From: an uncultured Actinomycetes bacterium
GTDB lineage: Bacteria > Actinomycetota > Thermoleophilia > UBA2241
DNA: 64,000 bases
Reading direction: 5' to 3'
Assembly (NCBI GenBank): GCA_963767005.1
Contig: CAVYCN010000006.1
Span: 180,513 to 244,512, forward strand
Below are positions 42,053 to 52,432 of the stretch, one piece after another. The notes under the pieces were generated by a model that was not told the DNA's origin, did no database searches, and saw only the letters and a list, made by a program, of their open reading frames with translations. The translations under genes were made by a program, and so were the position numbers. Within the stretch, counting starts at the first letter, position 1; every line of letters starts with the position of its first letter.

Positions 42053-42720
42053 GGCCGGGCGGGGCCGCCGGGACCTGGCCTCGCACCGCCGGCGAGGCGC
42101 GCGAGCAGCGCGCGCGCCGCGCGCGCCCGGTGGCTCTGAACGTTCTTGTCGGCCTCGCCCATCTCGGCCACGGTCTGTCGCAGGCCGTCGGGCACGAAGA
42201 GCGGGTCGTAGCCGAAGCCGGACGTGCCCCGGGCGGCCGCCGCGATCACGCCTGGCCACTCGCCGCGCACGACATCGGCGGCGGCCGCGTCCGGTGTGAG
42301 GTAGGCGATGACGCAGACGAAGCGCGCGCTGCGCTCGTGCTCGCCGGGCAGCGCGCGCAGCTCGGTGAGCAGGCGGGCGTTGTTGGCCACGTCGTCGCCC
42401 TCGTGCCCGGCGTAGCGCGCCGAGATCACGCCGGGCGCGCCGCCCAGGGCGGCCACCTCGATGCCCGAGTCGTCGGCGACCACCACGGCCGCGTCACCCG
42501 CGGCCGCGCCGCCGGCCGGCGCGCCGCCCACGGGCGCTGCGCCTGCGCGGAGCGCCCGGGCGAGGCCTTCGGCCTTGGCCCGGGCGTTGGCCTCGAACGA
42601 GACCACACCCTCGGGTGGCAGCTCGATGCCGGCCGGCATCGGCCCGACGTCGTGGGGCGCGAGGATCGCGCGATACTCGGCGAGCTTGTGCGGGTTGCGG
42701 GTGGCCAGGACGAAGCGCAT
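42049..42720 (-). CDS. rdgB: Non-canonical purine NTP pyrophosphatase
   Basis: ATRNPHK, ADDSG, GAPGVISAR, GFGYDPLF, KNVQSHR. Confidence 0.93.
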   Translation of the reverse strand: MRFVLATRNPHKLAEYRAILAPHDVGPMPAGIELPPEGVVSFEANARAKAEGLARALRAGAAPVGGAPAGGAAAGDAAVVVADDSGIEVAALGGAPGVISARYAGHEGDDVANNARLLTELRALPGEHERSARFVCVIAYLTPDAAAADVVRGEWPGVIAAAARGTSGFGYDPLFVPDGLRQTVAEMGEADKNVQSHRARAARALLARLAGGARPGPGGPARP

Positions 42721-43484
42721 CAGGCGTCCCCACCCGCCGCGTCGTGCGACGGGCCGGCGCCGGCGCCGGCGATCGTCGCCTGCTGCACCGTCGCGATGCG
42801 GGCCACGCCGGTGGCGGCCAGGTCGAGCAGCAGGTCGAGCGTGGCGCGCGGGAACGGTTCGCCCTCGGCCGTGGCCTGTACCTCGACGAGGCGGCCGTCG
42901 CCGGTCATCACCACGTTCATGTCGAGCGCCGCGGCCGAGTCCTCTTCGTAGTCGAGGTCGAGGCGCGGCTCGCCGTCGACCACGCCGACCGAGACCGCGG
43001 CGAGCTCCTCGAACAGCGGCAGCCGTGCCCAGCGCGCCGTCGGCCGGAGTCGCTCGAGCGCCATGACGAGCGCGGCGTAGGCGCCCGAGATCGCGGCCGT
43101 GCGCGTGCCGCCGTCGGCCTGGATCACGTCGCAGTCGATGTAGATGGTGCGCTCGCCGAGCGACTCGAGATCGACCACGGCACGCAGGCTGCGGCCGATC
43201 AGCCGCTGGATCTCCATGGTGCGCCCGCCCTGCTTGCCGCGCACGGCTTCGCGCGGCATGCGGTCGGCGGTCGCGGCCGGCAGCATGCTGTACTCGGCCG
43301 TGAGCCAGCCGGCGCCGGTGCCGCGCCGCCAGGCCGGCACGCCGTCGACCGACTTGGCGGTGCACAGCACGTGGGTGTCGCCCAGGCGCACGAGCGCCGA
43401 GCCGTCGGCGAACTTCGCGACGTCGCGCTCCATGGACAGCGGTCGCAGCTCATCGGGGCGTCTGCCGAGTCTCACGCTGGTCAC
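42720..43484 (-). CDS. rph: Ribonuclease PH
   Basis: [47 protein letters not shown]. Confidence 0.95.
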   Translation of the reverse strand: MTSVRLGRRPDELRPLSMERDVAKFADGSALVRLGDTHVLCTAKSVDGVPAWRRGTGAGWLTAEYSMLPAATADRMPREAVRGKQGGRTMEIQRLIGRSLRAVVDLESLGERTIYIDCDVIQADGGTRTAAISGAYAALVMALERLRPTARWARLPLFEELAAVSVGVVDGEPRLDLDYEEDSAAALDMNVVMTGDGRLVEVQATAEGEPFPRATLDLLLDLAATGVARIATVQQATIAGAGAGPSHDAAGGDA

Positions 43485-44002
43485 CTCTTCTGCGGTCGGG
43501 ACAGGGCTCGACGGCGGCGCTCCCCAGATGGAGCGAGGCCGAAGAGCGGGCCGTGGGTGCGGATCACACGCAGCACCACGAAGCCTGCGCTGAAGAGCAC
43601 CACCGCCTCGCCGAGACCGACGAAGGCCACGTTCAGCCAGAACGGAAGGTGCAGGATCAGCGCGAGCTCGGCGCCCACGCCGAACGCGTTGACGACCACC
43701 GGCGCCGCCAAGGCTACCACGCGCGGCCCCACCCGCCACATGATGAGCGCCGCCGTCAGGGTGAGCAGCGAGCCGAGCACGGCGTCGGGCAGGCCCATGG
43801 GGCTGGTGAACAGGTTGCCGATCGCCGTGCCCGCCGTCAGGCCGACGACCGCGGCCGGGTCGACGCAGGCGAAGGGCAGCAGCGCCTCGGAGATGCGGAA
43901 CTGGATCTGTCCCGACGCCAGCCCGAAGGCGCCGGCGAGCAGCGTCAGGGCGACGTAGGCGGCGGCGTAGAGGCTACCGCGGGCGAGCAGGCGTGTGGTC
44001 AC
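43481..44002 (-). CDS. queT: QueT-family membrane transporter
   Basis: AAAYVALT...[12 protein letters not shown] signature. Confidence 0.8.
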   Translation of the reverse strand: MTTRLLARGSLYAAAYVALTLLAGAFGLASGQIQFRISEALLPFACVDPAAVVGLTAGTAIGNLFTSPMGLPDAVLGSLLTLTAALIMWRVGPRVVALAAPVVVNAFGVGAELALILHLPFWLNVAFVGLGEAVVLFSAGFVVLRVIRTHGPLFGLAPSGERRRRALSRPQKR

Positions 44003-44867
44003 GGTCGACCAGCGCCGCCAGGCGGTCGATGCCGATCTGCTCGACGTCGTCCAGCGGCATCTGCAGGAACCGGGCGCCCACCGCGCGGAAGGCGTCGACC
44101 TCGCCGGTGCAGAAGAAGCGGTACGAGCCCTCGCGGTCGGCGTCGCGCTCGATCCCCTGGCGCACGAGCACCTCCGCGACCTCGCGAGCGATCTCGGCGG
44201 CCGGGTTGACCAGGGTCACGTCGCGGCCCAGATGGCGCTGCAGCAGCGGCGCGATCAGCGGGTAGTGCGTGCAGCCCATGATCACGACGTCGGGGCGAAG
44301 CTCCTTGAGCGGCGCGGTGAAGCGCCGCACGGCGTCGACCACCTCGTGGCTGGCGACGTCGCCGTCCTGGATGAACGCGGCAAGACCGGGGCAGGCCTGC
44401 TGGATCACCTCGGCGCCGCCGTCGAGCGCGCCGATCGCGCGCACGTAGCTGCCGCTCGCCACGGTCGCCTCGGTGGCAAGGACGCCGATGCGCCGGTAGC
44501 GCGACGTCTGGACCGCCGCCCGGGCGCCCGGCAGCACGACGCCGACGATCGGGGTCGAGAACCGTTCCTGCAGAGCCGGCAGCGCCGCCGCGGTCGCCGA
44601 GTAGCAGGCGACCACGAGGAGCTTGACGCCGGTCTCGTCGAGAAACGTCGCGATCTGCCGGGCGAAGAGCCGGAGCTCGTCCTGGCTGCGAGGTCCGTAG
44701 GGGAAGCGCGCCGTGTCACCCAGGTAGACGAAGTCCTCGGCCGGCAGGGCCACGAGGCATTCGTGCAGCACCGTGAGGCCGCCGATGCCCGAGTCGAACA
44801 TGCCGATCGGACGCGCGCGCAGGGCGGCGAGATCGGTGCTGGGGCTGTGGGCGGACGCGTGGGTCAC
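43974..44867 (-). CDS. murI: Glutamate racemase
   Basis: FDSGIGGL, GDTARFPYG, MGCTHYP; first Cys motif reads ACYSA. Confidence 0.92.
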   Translation of the reverse strand: MTHASAHSPSTDLAALRARPIGMFDSGIGGLTVLHECLVALPAEDFVYLGDTARFPYGPRSQDELRLFARQIATFLDETGVKLLVVACYSATAAALPALQERFSTPIVGVVLPGARAAVQTSRYRRIGVLATEATVASGSYVRAIGALDGGAEVIQQACPGLAAFIQDGDVASHEVVDAVRRFTAPLKELRPDVVIMGCTHYPLIAPLLQRHLGRDVTLVNPAAEIAREVAEVLVRQGIERDADREGSYRFFCTGEVDAFRAVGARFLQMPLDDVEQIGIDRLAALVDRDHTPARPR

Positions 44868-44977
44868 CGCGCTTGCTCCTCTACCCGAGGTCGGGACTCG
44901 GAAGTATACCGCACTCCCCCCGGCGGGCCGCGCGACGCCCTGCGACCAGCCCGTCGTTGACGAAGCGAGCGTCGGTG

Positions 44978-45005
44978 TCAAGCCCGGCGCCACGCCGGCC
45001 GATAC
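44978..45005 (+). promoter_or_regulatory. Sigma28-type promoter TCAAG-N15-GCCGATAC
   Basis: Upstream of the zinc-ribbon gene at 45071. Confidence 0.62.
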
Positions 45006-45070
45006 ACACCGCGACAGGGGTCGCCGGGCGAGAGGGGCGGCCCGCCGACCAGGCGACGACAGGGCGTCAC

Positions 45071-45478
45071 ATGGGCGACTGCGACATCGAGCGGTTCATC
45101 TTCCCCGACGGCACCGAGCGCGACATGCTCGTGTTCGACACGGGCCGCGCCGCGGCTTGCCCCGTCACCCCTCCCCCGAGCCACACGACCGACCCGCACC
45201 TCTGCCCGGTGTGCGGCTCGAGCCTCGTGCACCCGACCGAATGGCAGCGCGTCGCCGTGGCCGCCTGGCGCATCACGCTGCGCTGTCCCAACTGCGAGAC
45301 CATGCGCACCGTGGTGTTCGACCGCTCCCAGGTCGAACGCTTGAACCGCGCCCTCTACGAAGGCACCGAACGCCTCGCCCGCGAGGCCGACCAGCTCGTG
45401 CGGCACAACTTCGAAGAAGAGGCCGACAAGTTCGTGGCCGCGCTCGACGCCGACCTCATCCTGCCGATCGACTTCTGA
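45071..45478 (+). CDS. Hypothetical zinc-ribbon protein (CPVC...CPNC) with an acidic helical C-terminus
   Basis: Two CxxC pairs; ends FVAALDADLILPIDF. Confidence 0.75.
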   Translation: MGDCDIERFIFPDGTERDMLVFDTGRAAACPVTPPPSHTTDPHLCPVCGSSLVHPTEWQRVAVAAWRITLRCPNCETMRTVVFDRSQVERLNRALYEGTERLAREADQLVRHNFEEEADKFVAALDADLILPIDF

Positions 45479-45560
45479 CCGGCCGCGGCGTCAGGCCGCG
45501 CGCGAGCCTCCAGCCCCTCGCGACCCTCCTGCTCACGGCGACCGCCGTGGCGCTCGCCGC

Positions 45561-45712
45561 TCAATCGCCGCGACGCGGCGCCTCCGCTGCCCGGTTGACG
45601 AGCACCACGCCGGCCAGCACCACGACCGCGGCCAGCGCCTGACCTACCGTGAAACGCTCCCCCAGCACGACGTAGGCCGCGCCGACCGCGATCACCGGCA
45701 CGATGTTGGTGA
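45561..45712 (-). pseudogene. 3' remnant of an EamA/DMT transporter
   Basis: TNIVPVIAVGAAYVVLGERFTVGQALAAVVVLAGVVLVNR matches the last two EamA helices; the rest of the gene is absent. Confidence 0.7.
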
Positions 45713-45717
45713 GGCGG

Positions 45718-45745
45718 TCAAGCTCTGCCGCCGTGCCGCCGATAT
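45718..45745 (+). promoter_or_regulatory. Sigma28-type promoter TCAAG-N15-GCCGATAT
   Basis: Upstream of the diguanylate cyclase gene. Confidence 0.62.
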
Positions 45746-45796
45746 TCACCTCTCGTAAGAGGAAGATACTCGTCATGACCAGCACACGGGGGAGTC

Positions 45797-47890
45797 ATGC
45801 CAGCCGAGAGGCCGTCTAGCGTGGCACCGGGGAGTGCCGCCGCCGCTTCCGCAAGCGCCGGCGAGGCCTTGACGAACGTCGCTCGCTGGACGGCCGAGAC
45901 CCTGCACGTGTCAGGCTGTCGCCTGTACGAGTACCGGCCCGAGGACGATGCGACCGTCGCCCTCGCGTTCTGGGCTCGCGAGCCCGCGGCGGTCGACGCG
46001 ACCTGGCTCGGCTCCACCTTCCCGCTCGCCCAGCAGCCGACCCTGCGCCACGTCCTGTGCGACCGGCGCACGGTCCCCGGCCACGTCGACGACGCCGATC
46101 TTGCGCCCGCCGACCGTGAGCGCATGACGAGCTGCGGGGCCAAGAGCTGCCTGCTCGTACCGATGGTGTCGCGGGACGAGGTGATCGGCTGCCTCGAGCT
46201 GACCGAGGAGCGCCGTGTCCGCCGCTTCAGCGCCGAGGAGCTCGCGCTCGCCGACACCCTCGCGGCGCTCTCGGCGGCCGCCATCGGCAACGCGCGCCTG
46301 CAGCGTGCGAGCGACGACCGCAACCGCCGGCTCGCCTCGCTGCTGTCCGCCAGCCGCCTCGTCTCGTCGACGCTCGTCGTCGAGGACGTCCTCGCCCGCG
46401 TCGCCCAGACGGGAGCCGAGACCCTGCAGGCCGACGTCTGCTACATCTACGAGTACTTGCCCGACCAGGACGCGATCGCCTGGCAGGCGATGTTCGAACG
46501 CGCCCACGGGCCCCAGGCCCAGGAGCTCGGTACCGTGTTCGCGCTCGACGATTTTCCGGAGGACCGGGAGATGCTCTTGCGGGGCGTCATCATCGAGGAG
46601 AACCAGTCCGACGGCGACCTGCCGCCCTCCGCCCGCGCATCGATGGCGGAGTGGGGCCAGAAGACCCTGCTCACCGTGCCGCTGCTCATCGAGGACCGTG
46701 CCGTGGGCCTCCTTGAGGTCGCCCAGCTCGACCGCGAACGGCACTTCAGCGTCGAGGAGATCGAGTTCGTCCGGGCGCTCGGCGAGCACGCCGCGATCGC
46801 CATCAACAACGCCCGCCAGTACCGCGCCACCGAGCGACGCAACGAGCGCCTCCAGCACCTCGTCGAGCTGAGCCAGACGCTGACGACGTCGCTCGACGCA
46901 GGCCAGATCGTCGAGCGGCTCGAGTCCGGCCTGCGCTCGATCTTCCCCGGGCGGGACTGCGCGACGACGGTGACCCTGGGCGACGCGCGGCGACGTCCGA
47001 CGGCGCTGAAGGGTCTGGCACGGCAGGCCGTCCAGGAGCGCCGGCCCGCGCAGGGCGCGGCCAAGTCGCTGGGGCGCGCGGTGGTGCCGCTGTTCTCGGG
47101 CCAGCGCCTGCTGGGGGTGCTCGAGATCTCGAGCGACCCGGCACGCACGTTCGCGGAGGACGAGCTCGAGGTCCTCCAGCTCGTCGCCAACCAGGCCGCC
47201 GCCGCCATGGAGAACGCACGCCTCTACGGCCGTGCCGAGCTGATCGCCATCACTGACGGGCTGACCGGACTCTACAACCACCGCGCCTTCTACGAACGCC
47301 TCACCCAGGAGGTCAAGCGCGCGCAGCGCTACGAGCTGCCGCTCTCGCTGCTCATGATCGACATCGACGACTTCAAGCTCTTCAACGACCGTCTCGGGCA
47401 TCCGGCCGGCGACGCCCTGCTGCGCACCCTGGGCGGCCTGTTCACGGGCGAGACGAGGCAGCAGGTCGACTTCGTCGCGCGCTACGGCGGCGAGGAGTTC
47501 ACCATCCTGCTGCCCAGCACGAGCGCCCACGGCGCGGCCGCGGCGGGGCGTCGACTGCGCGACCGGATCGCCGCCACCCAGATCACGGGTCGTCTTCCCG
47601 AAGGGCAGAGCCCGCTACCGGGCGACCTGCAGATCGGCATCGGGCAGGCGTGCGTGGTCGGTGAGCGCATCCGTCACGCCGTCGAGACACAGAACTTCGC
47701 GCAGGAGCCATCGCCCCTGCCGGTGACGGTGAGCATCGGCGTCGCCGGCTTTCCGGACCACGGTTGCAGCGGCGACACCCTCGTGGCGGCCGCCGACACC
47801 GCGCTGTACCGCGCCAAGGCGCTCGGCAAGAACCGGGTCGAGGTCGCCGCGGCGCCGGAGCCGCACGAGCCGGGCGCGGCCGAGGGCTGA
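45797..47890 (+). CDS. GAF-domain diguanylate cyclase
   Basis: Three GAF-like domains; TDGLTGLYN, DIDDFK..ND..GH..GD, ARYGGEEF, ALYRAK..GKNRV. Confidence 0.92.
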   Translation: MPAERPSSVAPGSAAAASASAGEALTNVARWTAETLHVSGCRLYEYRPEDDATVALAFWAREPAAVDATWLGSTFPLAQQPTLRHVLCDRRTVPGHVDDADLAPADRERMTSCGAKSCLLVPMVSRDEVIGCLELTEERRVRRFSAEELALADTLAALSAAAIGNARLQRASDDRNRRLASLLSASRLVSSTLVVEDVLARVAQTGAETLQADVCYIYEYLPDQDAIAWQAMFERAHGPQAQELGTVFALDDFPEDREMLLRGVIIEENQSDGDLPPSARASMAEWGQKTLLTVPLLIEDRAVGLLEVAQLDRERHFSVEEIEFVRALGEHAAIAINNARQYRATERRNERLQHLVELSQTLTTSLDAGQIVERLESGLRSIFPGRDCATTVTLGDARRRPTALKGLARQAVQERRPAQGAAKSLGRAVVPLFSGQRLLGVLEISSDPARTFAEDELEVLQLVANQAAAAMENARLYGRAELIAITDGLTGLYNHRAFYERLTQEVKRAQRYELPLSLLMIDIDDFKLFNDRLGHPAGDALLRTLGGLFTGETRQQVDFVARYGGEEFTILLPSTSAHGAAAAGRRLRDRIAATQITGRLPEGQSPLPGDLQIGIGQACVVGERIRHAVETQNFAQEPSPLPVTVSIGVAGFPDHGCSGDTLVAAADTALYRAKALGKNRVEVAAAPEPHEPGAAEG

Positions 47891-47957
47891 GTCACCACGA
47901 TGGCCTGGTACCGGAAACCGCTGCCCGACGTGATCGCTCACGACGAGACGCATACCG

Positions 47958-49106
47958 TTACCAGTCGGGCGTCTCGTCGCCGAGACGAGCGGCCTCACGG
48001 TAGGCGCGCTCCTCGCGGCGGATCAGGTCGGGATTGGTGCCGGCCAGCTCGACGATGCCGAGCGTCAGGAGTTGTACAGCGACGGCGCTCTGGAGCAGCG
48101 AGCTGAGGAGCGGCTCGGCAGCCATGGGTTCGAGCGCGACCCCATGGACGTCAGCCGGCAGCGTTCTGAGCAGTGACCGGGGGGCCAGAGCGACGATCGG
48201 GATGCCGATGGTCTGGGCAGCCTCCGCCACAAGCGCAAGGCGACGGTCACGCCGAGCGCCCTGGCGCGGGTCGAGGGCGAGCAGGACGAGGCTCGTGGCG
48301 GCCGCGTCACACCCCGCGAGATGACCGTGCAGAAGGGTCTCGAGGTGGTAGGCGGTGGTGGGGACGCGCGCGCCCTCGGCAATCTTGAGGGCGAGCTCGC
48401 TGGCGTTGACCTGGTCGATACCCAGGCCGGCGGTCGCGATGCGGCCGGAGCGGTTGAGATGCGCCGCAGCCATTGCGAGATCGGCGCGGCGATCGAGCGT
48501 CGAGTCGATGGCGCTCACGGCGGCGTCCGTGACCTCGCGTCCCGCAATGCCGGAGGTCCTCGCCCCGGCCAAGACAGCGCTCGTATAGGCGAGCGTGTGA
48601 CACCAGGAGTCGTCATGAACGGGAGTGACGAAGACGAGGTCGGCGCCGGACGCACACGAGGAGTCGGCGCAGGCCGTGATCAGCCCGGTCGTGGCTCCTC
48701 TCTCGCGGGCGGCCTCCAGCGCGAGCTTCGTTGCCCTGGTCCCTCCGTCATGAGAGATCGCGACGCAGACGCCGCCGGCACGTGGGTCGAGGGCGGCGTC
48801 GAGCGCTTGTCGCGCCTCGGCTCGGGCCGTGAGGCCTTCCCGACGGAAGGATTCTGTGAGCAGCTCGGCCACGACGGCGGCGGCGTGCTCAGAGGTACCG
48901 CAGCCGGTGACGACGACGGGCTCGCCGCCGGTGGCCGCCTCTCTCACGGCGTCTCGCAGGCGCGTCACTTCGGTACCGTCGGCGCCGAGGATCGGCGCTG
49001 CGAGCTTGGGCTGCGCGAAGATCATCTCCTCCATCACCCATGGCGGAGCATCGCGCAACTCGGGGAAGGCGTCGGTCAGCCAGTCGCGGCCATCAACGGT
49101 CATCAT
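47958..49106 (-). CDS. Two-SIS-domain sugar-phosphate isomerase/deglycase-like protein
   Basis: GCGTSEHAA, AISHDGGT, ELALKIAE, LHGH; no glutaminase domain. Confidence 0.8.
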   Translation of the reverse strand: MMTVDGRDWLTDAFPELRDAPPWVMEEMIFAQPKLAAPILGADGTEVTRLRDAVREAATGGEPVVVTGCGTSEHAAAVVAELLTESFRREGLTARAEARQALDAALDPRAGGVCVAISHDGGTRATKLALEAARERGATTGLITACADSSCASGADLVFVTPVHDDSWCHTLAYTSAVLAGARTSGIAGREVTDAAVSAIDSTLDRRADLAMAAAHLNRSGRIATAGLGIDQVNASELALKIAEGARVPTTAYHLETLLHGHLAGCDAAATSLVLLALDPRQGARRDRRLALVAEAAQTIGIPIVALAPRSLLRTLPADVHGVALEPMAAEPLLSSLLQSAVAVQLLTLGIVELAGTNPDLIRREERAYREAARLGDETPDW

Positions 49107-49710
49107 GCACCTCCGGGCCGGGGATCGCCCCCGGGGTCACGGTCTTCGCGGCCGGGGGAGTGATTACGATCATGAAGACGTGCAGTGGCCGTGTGCCGCG
49201 GTTGCCGTACGAGTGGTCGGCGTCGGCCGAGAAGACGACGCTCTCGCCGGCCGTGGCGGCGTGGGGCTCACCGTCGACCTCGAGCACGAGGTCTCCGTCG
49301 AGCACGTGCAGAATCTCCGCCGTCCCCATCACATGGGCTTCGGCCTCGTGAACATCTCCAGGCTCGAGACGCCAGTCCCAGAACTCGATGTGATCGAGCT
49401 GATGGCTGCCCACCAGTAATCGTCCGCTGCCGCCACTCGGAGACGACCACAGCTGCACGATGTCGTCACGCGAGATCACCCGCACACGTCGCTGCCTTCC
49501 GAGCTCGACCAACTCCGCGAGGCCGACGTCGAGCGCCTGCGCGAGGCGGACGAGAATGGCAAGGGTCGGATTGACGCGCTTCTGCTCGATCTGGATGAGC
49601 ATGCTGCGGCTGACGTTCGCTCGCTTCGCGAGTTCGTCGAGCGTGAGCCCGCGTTCGGCGCGCAAGCGCCGCAGGTTGCGCGCCAGCGCAGCGGCAGTGT
49701 CTTCAGGCAT
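49093..49710 (-). CDS. XRE-family HTH regulator with cupin sensor domain
   Basis: LRRLRAERGLTLDELAKRANVSRSMLIQIE..NPT; C-terminal cupin. Confidence 0.9.
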   Translation of the reverse strand: MPEDTAAALARNLRRLRAERGLTLDELAKRANVSRSMLIQIEQKRVNPTLAILVRLAQALDVGLAELVELGRQRRVRVISRDDIVQLWSSPSGGSGRLLVGSHQLDHIEFWDWRLEPGDVHEAEAHVMGTAEILHVLDGDLVLEVDGEPHAATAGESVVFSADADHSYGNRGTRPLHVFMIVITPPAAKTVTPGAIPGPEVHDDR

Positions 49711-49777
49711 CGTCCCCCCTCGCCTCCGTCTGTGCCGCATCTGACATGGCTGTCCGCTTGTCCTCGCACCACGCTCC

Positions 49778-49815
49778 GTCTAGTATCTTATCCCATCGAG
49801 TGTAGGATACTAGAC
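49778..49815. promoter_or_regulatory. Inverted repeat GTCTAGTATC-N18-GATACTAGAC (candidate operator between divergent genes)
   Basis: Perfect 10-bp arms in an AT-rich intergenic spacer. Confidence 0.55.
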
Positions 49816-49832
49816 TTCCCGGGAGGCGTCGG

Positions 49833-50201
49833 ATGACAGTTGCCGGAGAACTCACCCACGCGCAGGTCGAGCTGCTCTTCGCACACATGCCCGTCGGTTT
49901 CAGCGTTGCCGACGAGGCGGACATCGTGCGCTTCTGGGCAGGTGACGCCTTCTCCACCTGCAGTCCGAAGCTGATCGGCCGCAGCCTCTTTGGCTGTCAC
50001 CCCAAGCGCGCCCATGCCGCGATCGAATCGCTGCTCGCGGACCTGAAGTCCGGCAAGAAGGATCAGGTCGACACGATCGAGCACGGGGTGAACGGCTCGG
50101 AGCGCATCATCTACACGGCGCTGCGAGACGCCCACGGTACCTACCGCGCGGTTCTTGAGACCGTGGTGTCGCTTGATGAAGCGGACGTCGGCGAAGTCTG
50201 A
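49833..50201 (+). CDS. Stand-alone PAS-like domain protein (DUF438/PAS_10-type)
   Basis: MPVGFSVADEADIVRF, IGRSLFGCHP, GTYRAVLE; GGGAGG RBS. Confidence 0.78.
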   Translation: MTVAGELTHAQVELLFAHMPVGFSVADEADIVRFWAGDAFSTCSPKLIGRSLFGCHPKRAHAAIESLLADLKSGKKDQVDTIEHGVNGSERIIYTALRDAHGTYRAVLETVVSLDEADVGEV

Positions 50202-50285
50202 GCGACCGACAAACCCGGCGCCCATTCCGTTCTCCACCGGCGACGCAACGTACCTTGCGGCACTCGCGAGACTCTGCTCTATCTT

Positions 50286-50918
50286 CTACACACCGATCGC
50301 GCTGCGCACGAGCACGACGGTCGAGCGCCCGGCAAGCCACTCCCGCTCGATGAGCAGTACCTTGGCCAGCACGGTGTCGACGCCCATGGTCTCGCGCACG
50401 CGGGCCATCTCCCATGGGAAGACGTACTCGCGGACGCGGCGCAGGCCAGTCTCGAGGTCCGGCACCACCTTCTGCGCGCCGATCACCAGGATGAGCCTGC
50501 CGGCGCCGCTCGCGTAGGGGCCCAGCTGGCTGCCGGTCGCGGAGGCGGCGACCATCAGCCCATCCAGAGTGATCGCCGCCACGCTGCCCAGCATGAAGTC
50601 CGGGGCGCCGATCAGCTTGCGCATCTCGCGAGCCTGCGTGGCGCGGTCCATCGCCAGCAGTCTCGGCCGCAGAGAGTCGTAGCGCCCGGAGTCTTGAAGC
50701 TCCGCGAAGATCCCGGCGTCCTCCAGGGTCTTGGACTTGCCGGAGTACACCTCCGCTCCCTCCGGGATGCGCTCGAGCACCACCCGCCGGGCCTCGCCAC
50801 CGTCGGCGACGACGAGCGCCTCGAAGTTGCGCTTCCGTAGCCGCTCGGCGACATCTTCCAGCACCTGCGGCGCCGCAGGCGTCGCGAACGGTTCGTCGTC
50901 AGTCCGCGGTTTTGCCAC
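50286..50918 (-). CDS. LUD-domain (lactate utilization-like) protein
   Basis: SKTLEDAG, GSVAAITLDG..ASATGSQL, GAQKVVPD. Confidence 0.8.
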   Translation of the reverse strand: MAKPRTDDEPFATPAAPQVLEDVAERLRKRNFEALVVADGGEARRVVLERIPEGAEVYSGKSKTLEDAGIFAELQDSGRYDSLRPRLLAMDRATQAREMRKLIGAPDFMLGSVAAITLDGLMVAASATGSQLGPYASGAGRLILVIGAQKVVPDLETGLRRVREYVFPWEMARVRETMGVDTVLAKVLLIEREWLAGRSTVVLVRSAIGV

Positions 50919-51414
50919 CAGCGCCTTCTCCTCCATCCGGTGAGCAGGCACGCTCGTCGGCGATGCCGTCGCGCACGACTGTCAGAAGCTCGGAGAGCCG
51001 CCGCCGTTGTTCAGCATCGAGGGCAGCGAACAGCTCGTCCTCGGCGTCTCGCTGCGCTTGCGCAGCCGCGACGAGCTTGGCCTCACCAGCGGCTGTGATG
51101 GAAACGGTGTGACGACGCCGATCGCGCGTGTCGCGCCGCCGCTCGAGCAAGCCGCGTTCTTCCAGTGGGTTGAGCAGCTGCACCAGGGCGCTGGGGTCGA
51201 GCTCCATCGCCGCGTGCAGGTCGGCCTGGCTCATGTCACCACGATCGTGCAGAAGGCCGAGCAGCTGGAAGCTGCGCGGCGAGAGCTCGACGGCGGCGTG
51301 AGCGGCACGCAGCCGGCGCATCGCCTCCTGCCCCACGAGGGCCAGCAGGAGCCCGGCGCTGCTGCGGCGCTCTTCGAGGATCTCGTCGCGCGCTGGGCGA
51401 GTGTCGTTTGCCAT
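50899..51414 (-). CDS. MarR-family regulator
   Basis: SQADL...LEERGLLERRRDTRDRRRH.V.IT..G. Confidence 0.92.
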   Translation of the reverse strand: MANDTRPARDEILEERRSSAGLLLALVGQEAMRRLRAAHAAVELSPRSFQLLGLLHDRGDMSQADLHAAMELDPSALVQLLNPLEERGLLERRRDTRDRRRHTVSITAAGEAKLVAAAQAQRDAEDELFAALDAEQRRRLSELLTVVRDGIADERACSPDGGEGAGGKTAD

Positions 51415-51504
51415 CACGCTGGGTAGCTTACCCGCCACAATCGTTTATGTCACTCAATCATCGTCGTTACAAGACGGGTTGGAGTCGAGTCCGAGGAGGA
51501 CATC

Positions 51505-52422
51505 ATGCGTGCAGTAGCGATTCCCGAGGCCGGTGCAAGCCCCACAGTCGTCGACGTCCCCGCTCCGTCTCCAGGCGACGGCGAGGTACTGGTCAAGGTG
51601 CAGGCGTCGTCGGTGAACGGCTTCGACGGGGCGGTGGCCGCCGGCATGCTCCAAGGCATGATGGAGCACCGCTACCCGGTCGTGCTCGGCAAGGACTTCG
51701 CCGGCGTGGTCGAGGCGCTCGGCGAGGGCGCATCGCTGTTCGCTCCCGGAGACGAGGTCTTCGGCGTCGTGATGAAGCCGTACCTCGGCGACGGCGGCCT
51801 CGGCGAGTACCTGGTGATCGGCGAGCAGTACGGTATCGCCCGGGTGCCTGAGGGTCTCGACCTGCAGGTCGCCGGCGCGCTCGGCCTGGCCGGGACGGCG
51901 GCGCTGGACTCGCTCGAGGCCGTCGCGCCGGTCGCCGGCGAGCTCGTCCTCATCTCCGGAGCCACCGGTGGGGTCGGCGCGCTGGCGCTGCAGTACGCGC
52001 TCGCAGCCGGAGCCGACGTCATCGCCACGGCGCGCCCGGGCGCCGAAGAGGAGTTCGTGCGGAGCCTCGGCGCCCGGCGCGTGGTCGACTATGCCGGAGA
52101 CCTCGAGGCTCAGGTGCGCGCGATCGCGCCGGACGGCGTACCGGCCATCGTGCATCTGGCCGGCGACGGCGCACAGCTCGCCGGCCTGCTCGCCCCGGGC
52201 GGACGGCTGGTGTCGGCGCTGGGCTTCGGTCCCGACCAGCACCCGGCCGCCGTCGCCGTGATGGCGAGCCCGCAGACGACCACGCTGGACCGGCTGGCCG
52301 CCGACGCCGTGAGCGGTGCCCTGCAGGTGCCGATCAGCCGCACCTACCCGCTGGAGGCGACGTCGCAGGCGCTCGCCGACTTCGGAGGCTCGCACCAGGG
52401 CAAGCTCTCCATCGCGGTCTGA
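51505..52422 (+). CDS. NADPH:quinone oxidoreductase (MDR family)
   Basis: ASSVNGFD, LGKDFAGVV, GATGGVG; AGGAGG RBS. Confidence 0.9.
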   Translation: MRAVAIPEAGASPTVVDVPAPSPGDGEVLVKVQASSVNGFDGAVAAGMLQGMMEHRYPVVLGKDFAGVVEALGEGASLFAPGDEVFGVVMKPYLGDGGLGEYLVIGEQYGIARVPEGLDLQVAGALGLAGTAALDSLEAVAPVAGELVLISGATGGVGALALQYALAAGADVIATARPGAEEEFVRSLGARRVVDYAGDLEAQVRAIAPDGVPAIVHLAGDGAQLAGLLAPGGRLVSALGFGPDQHPAAVAVMASPQTTTLDRLAADAVSGALQVPISRTYPLEATSQALADFGGSHQGKLSIAV

Positions 52423-52432
52423 AGGGAGTGAT

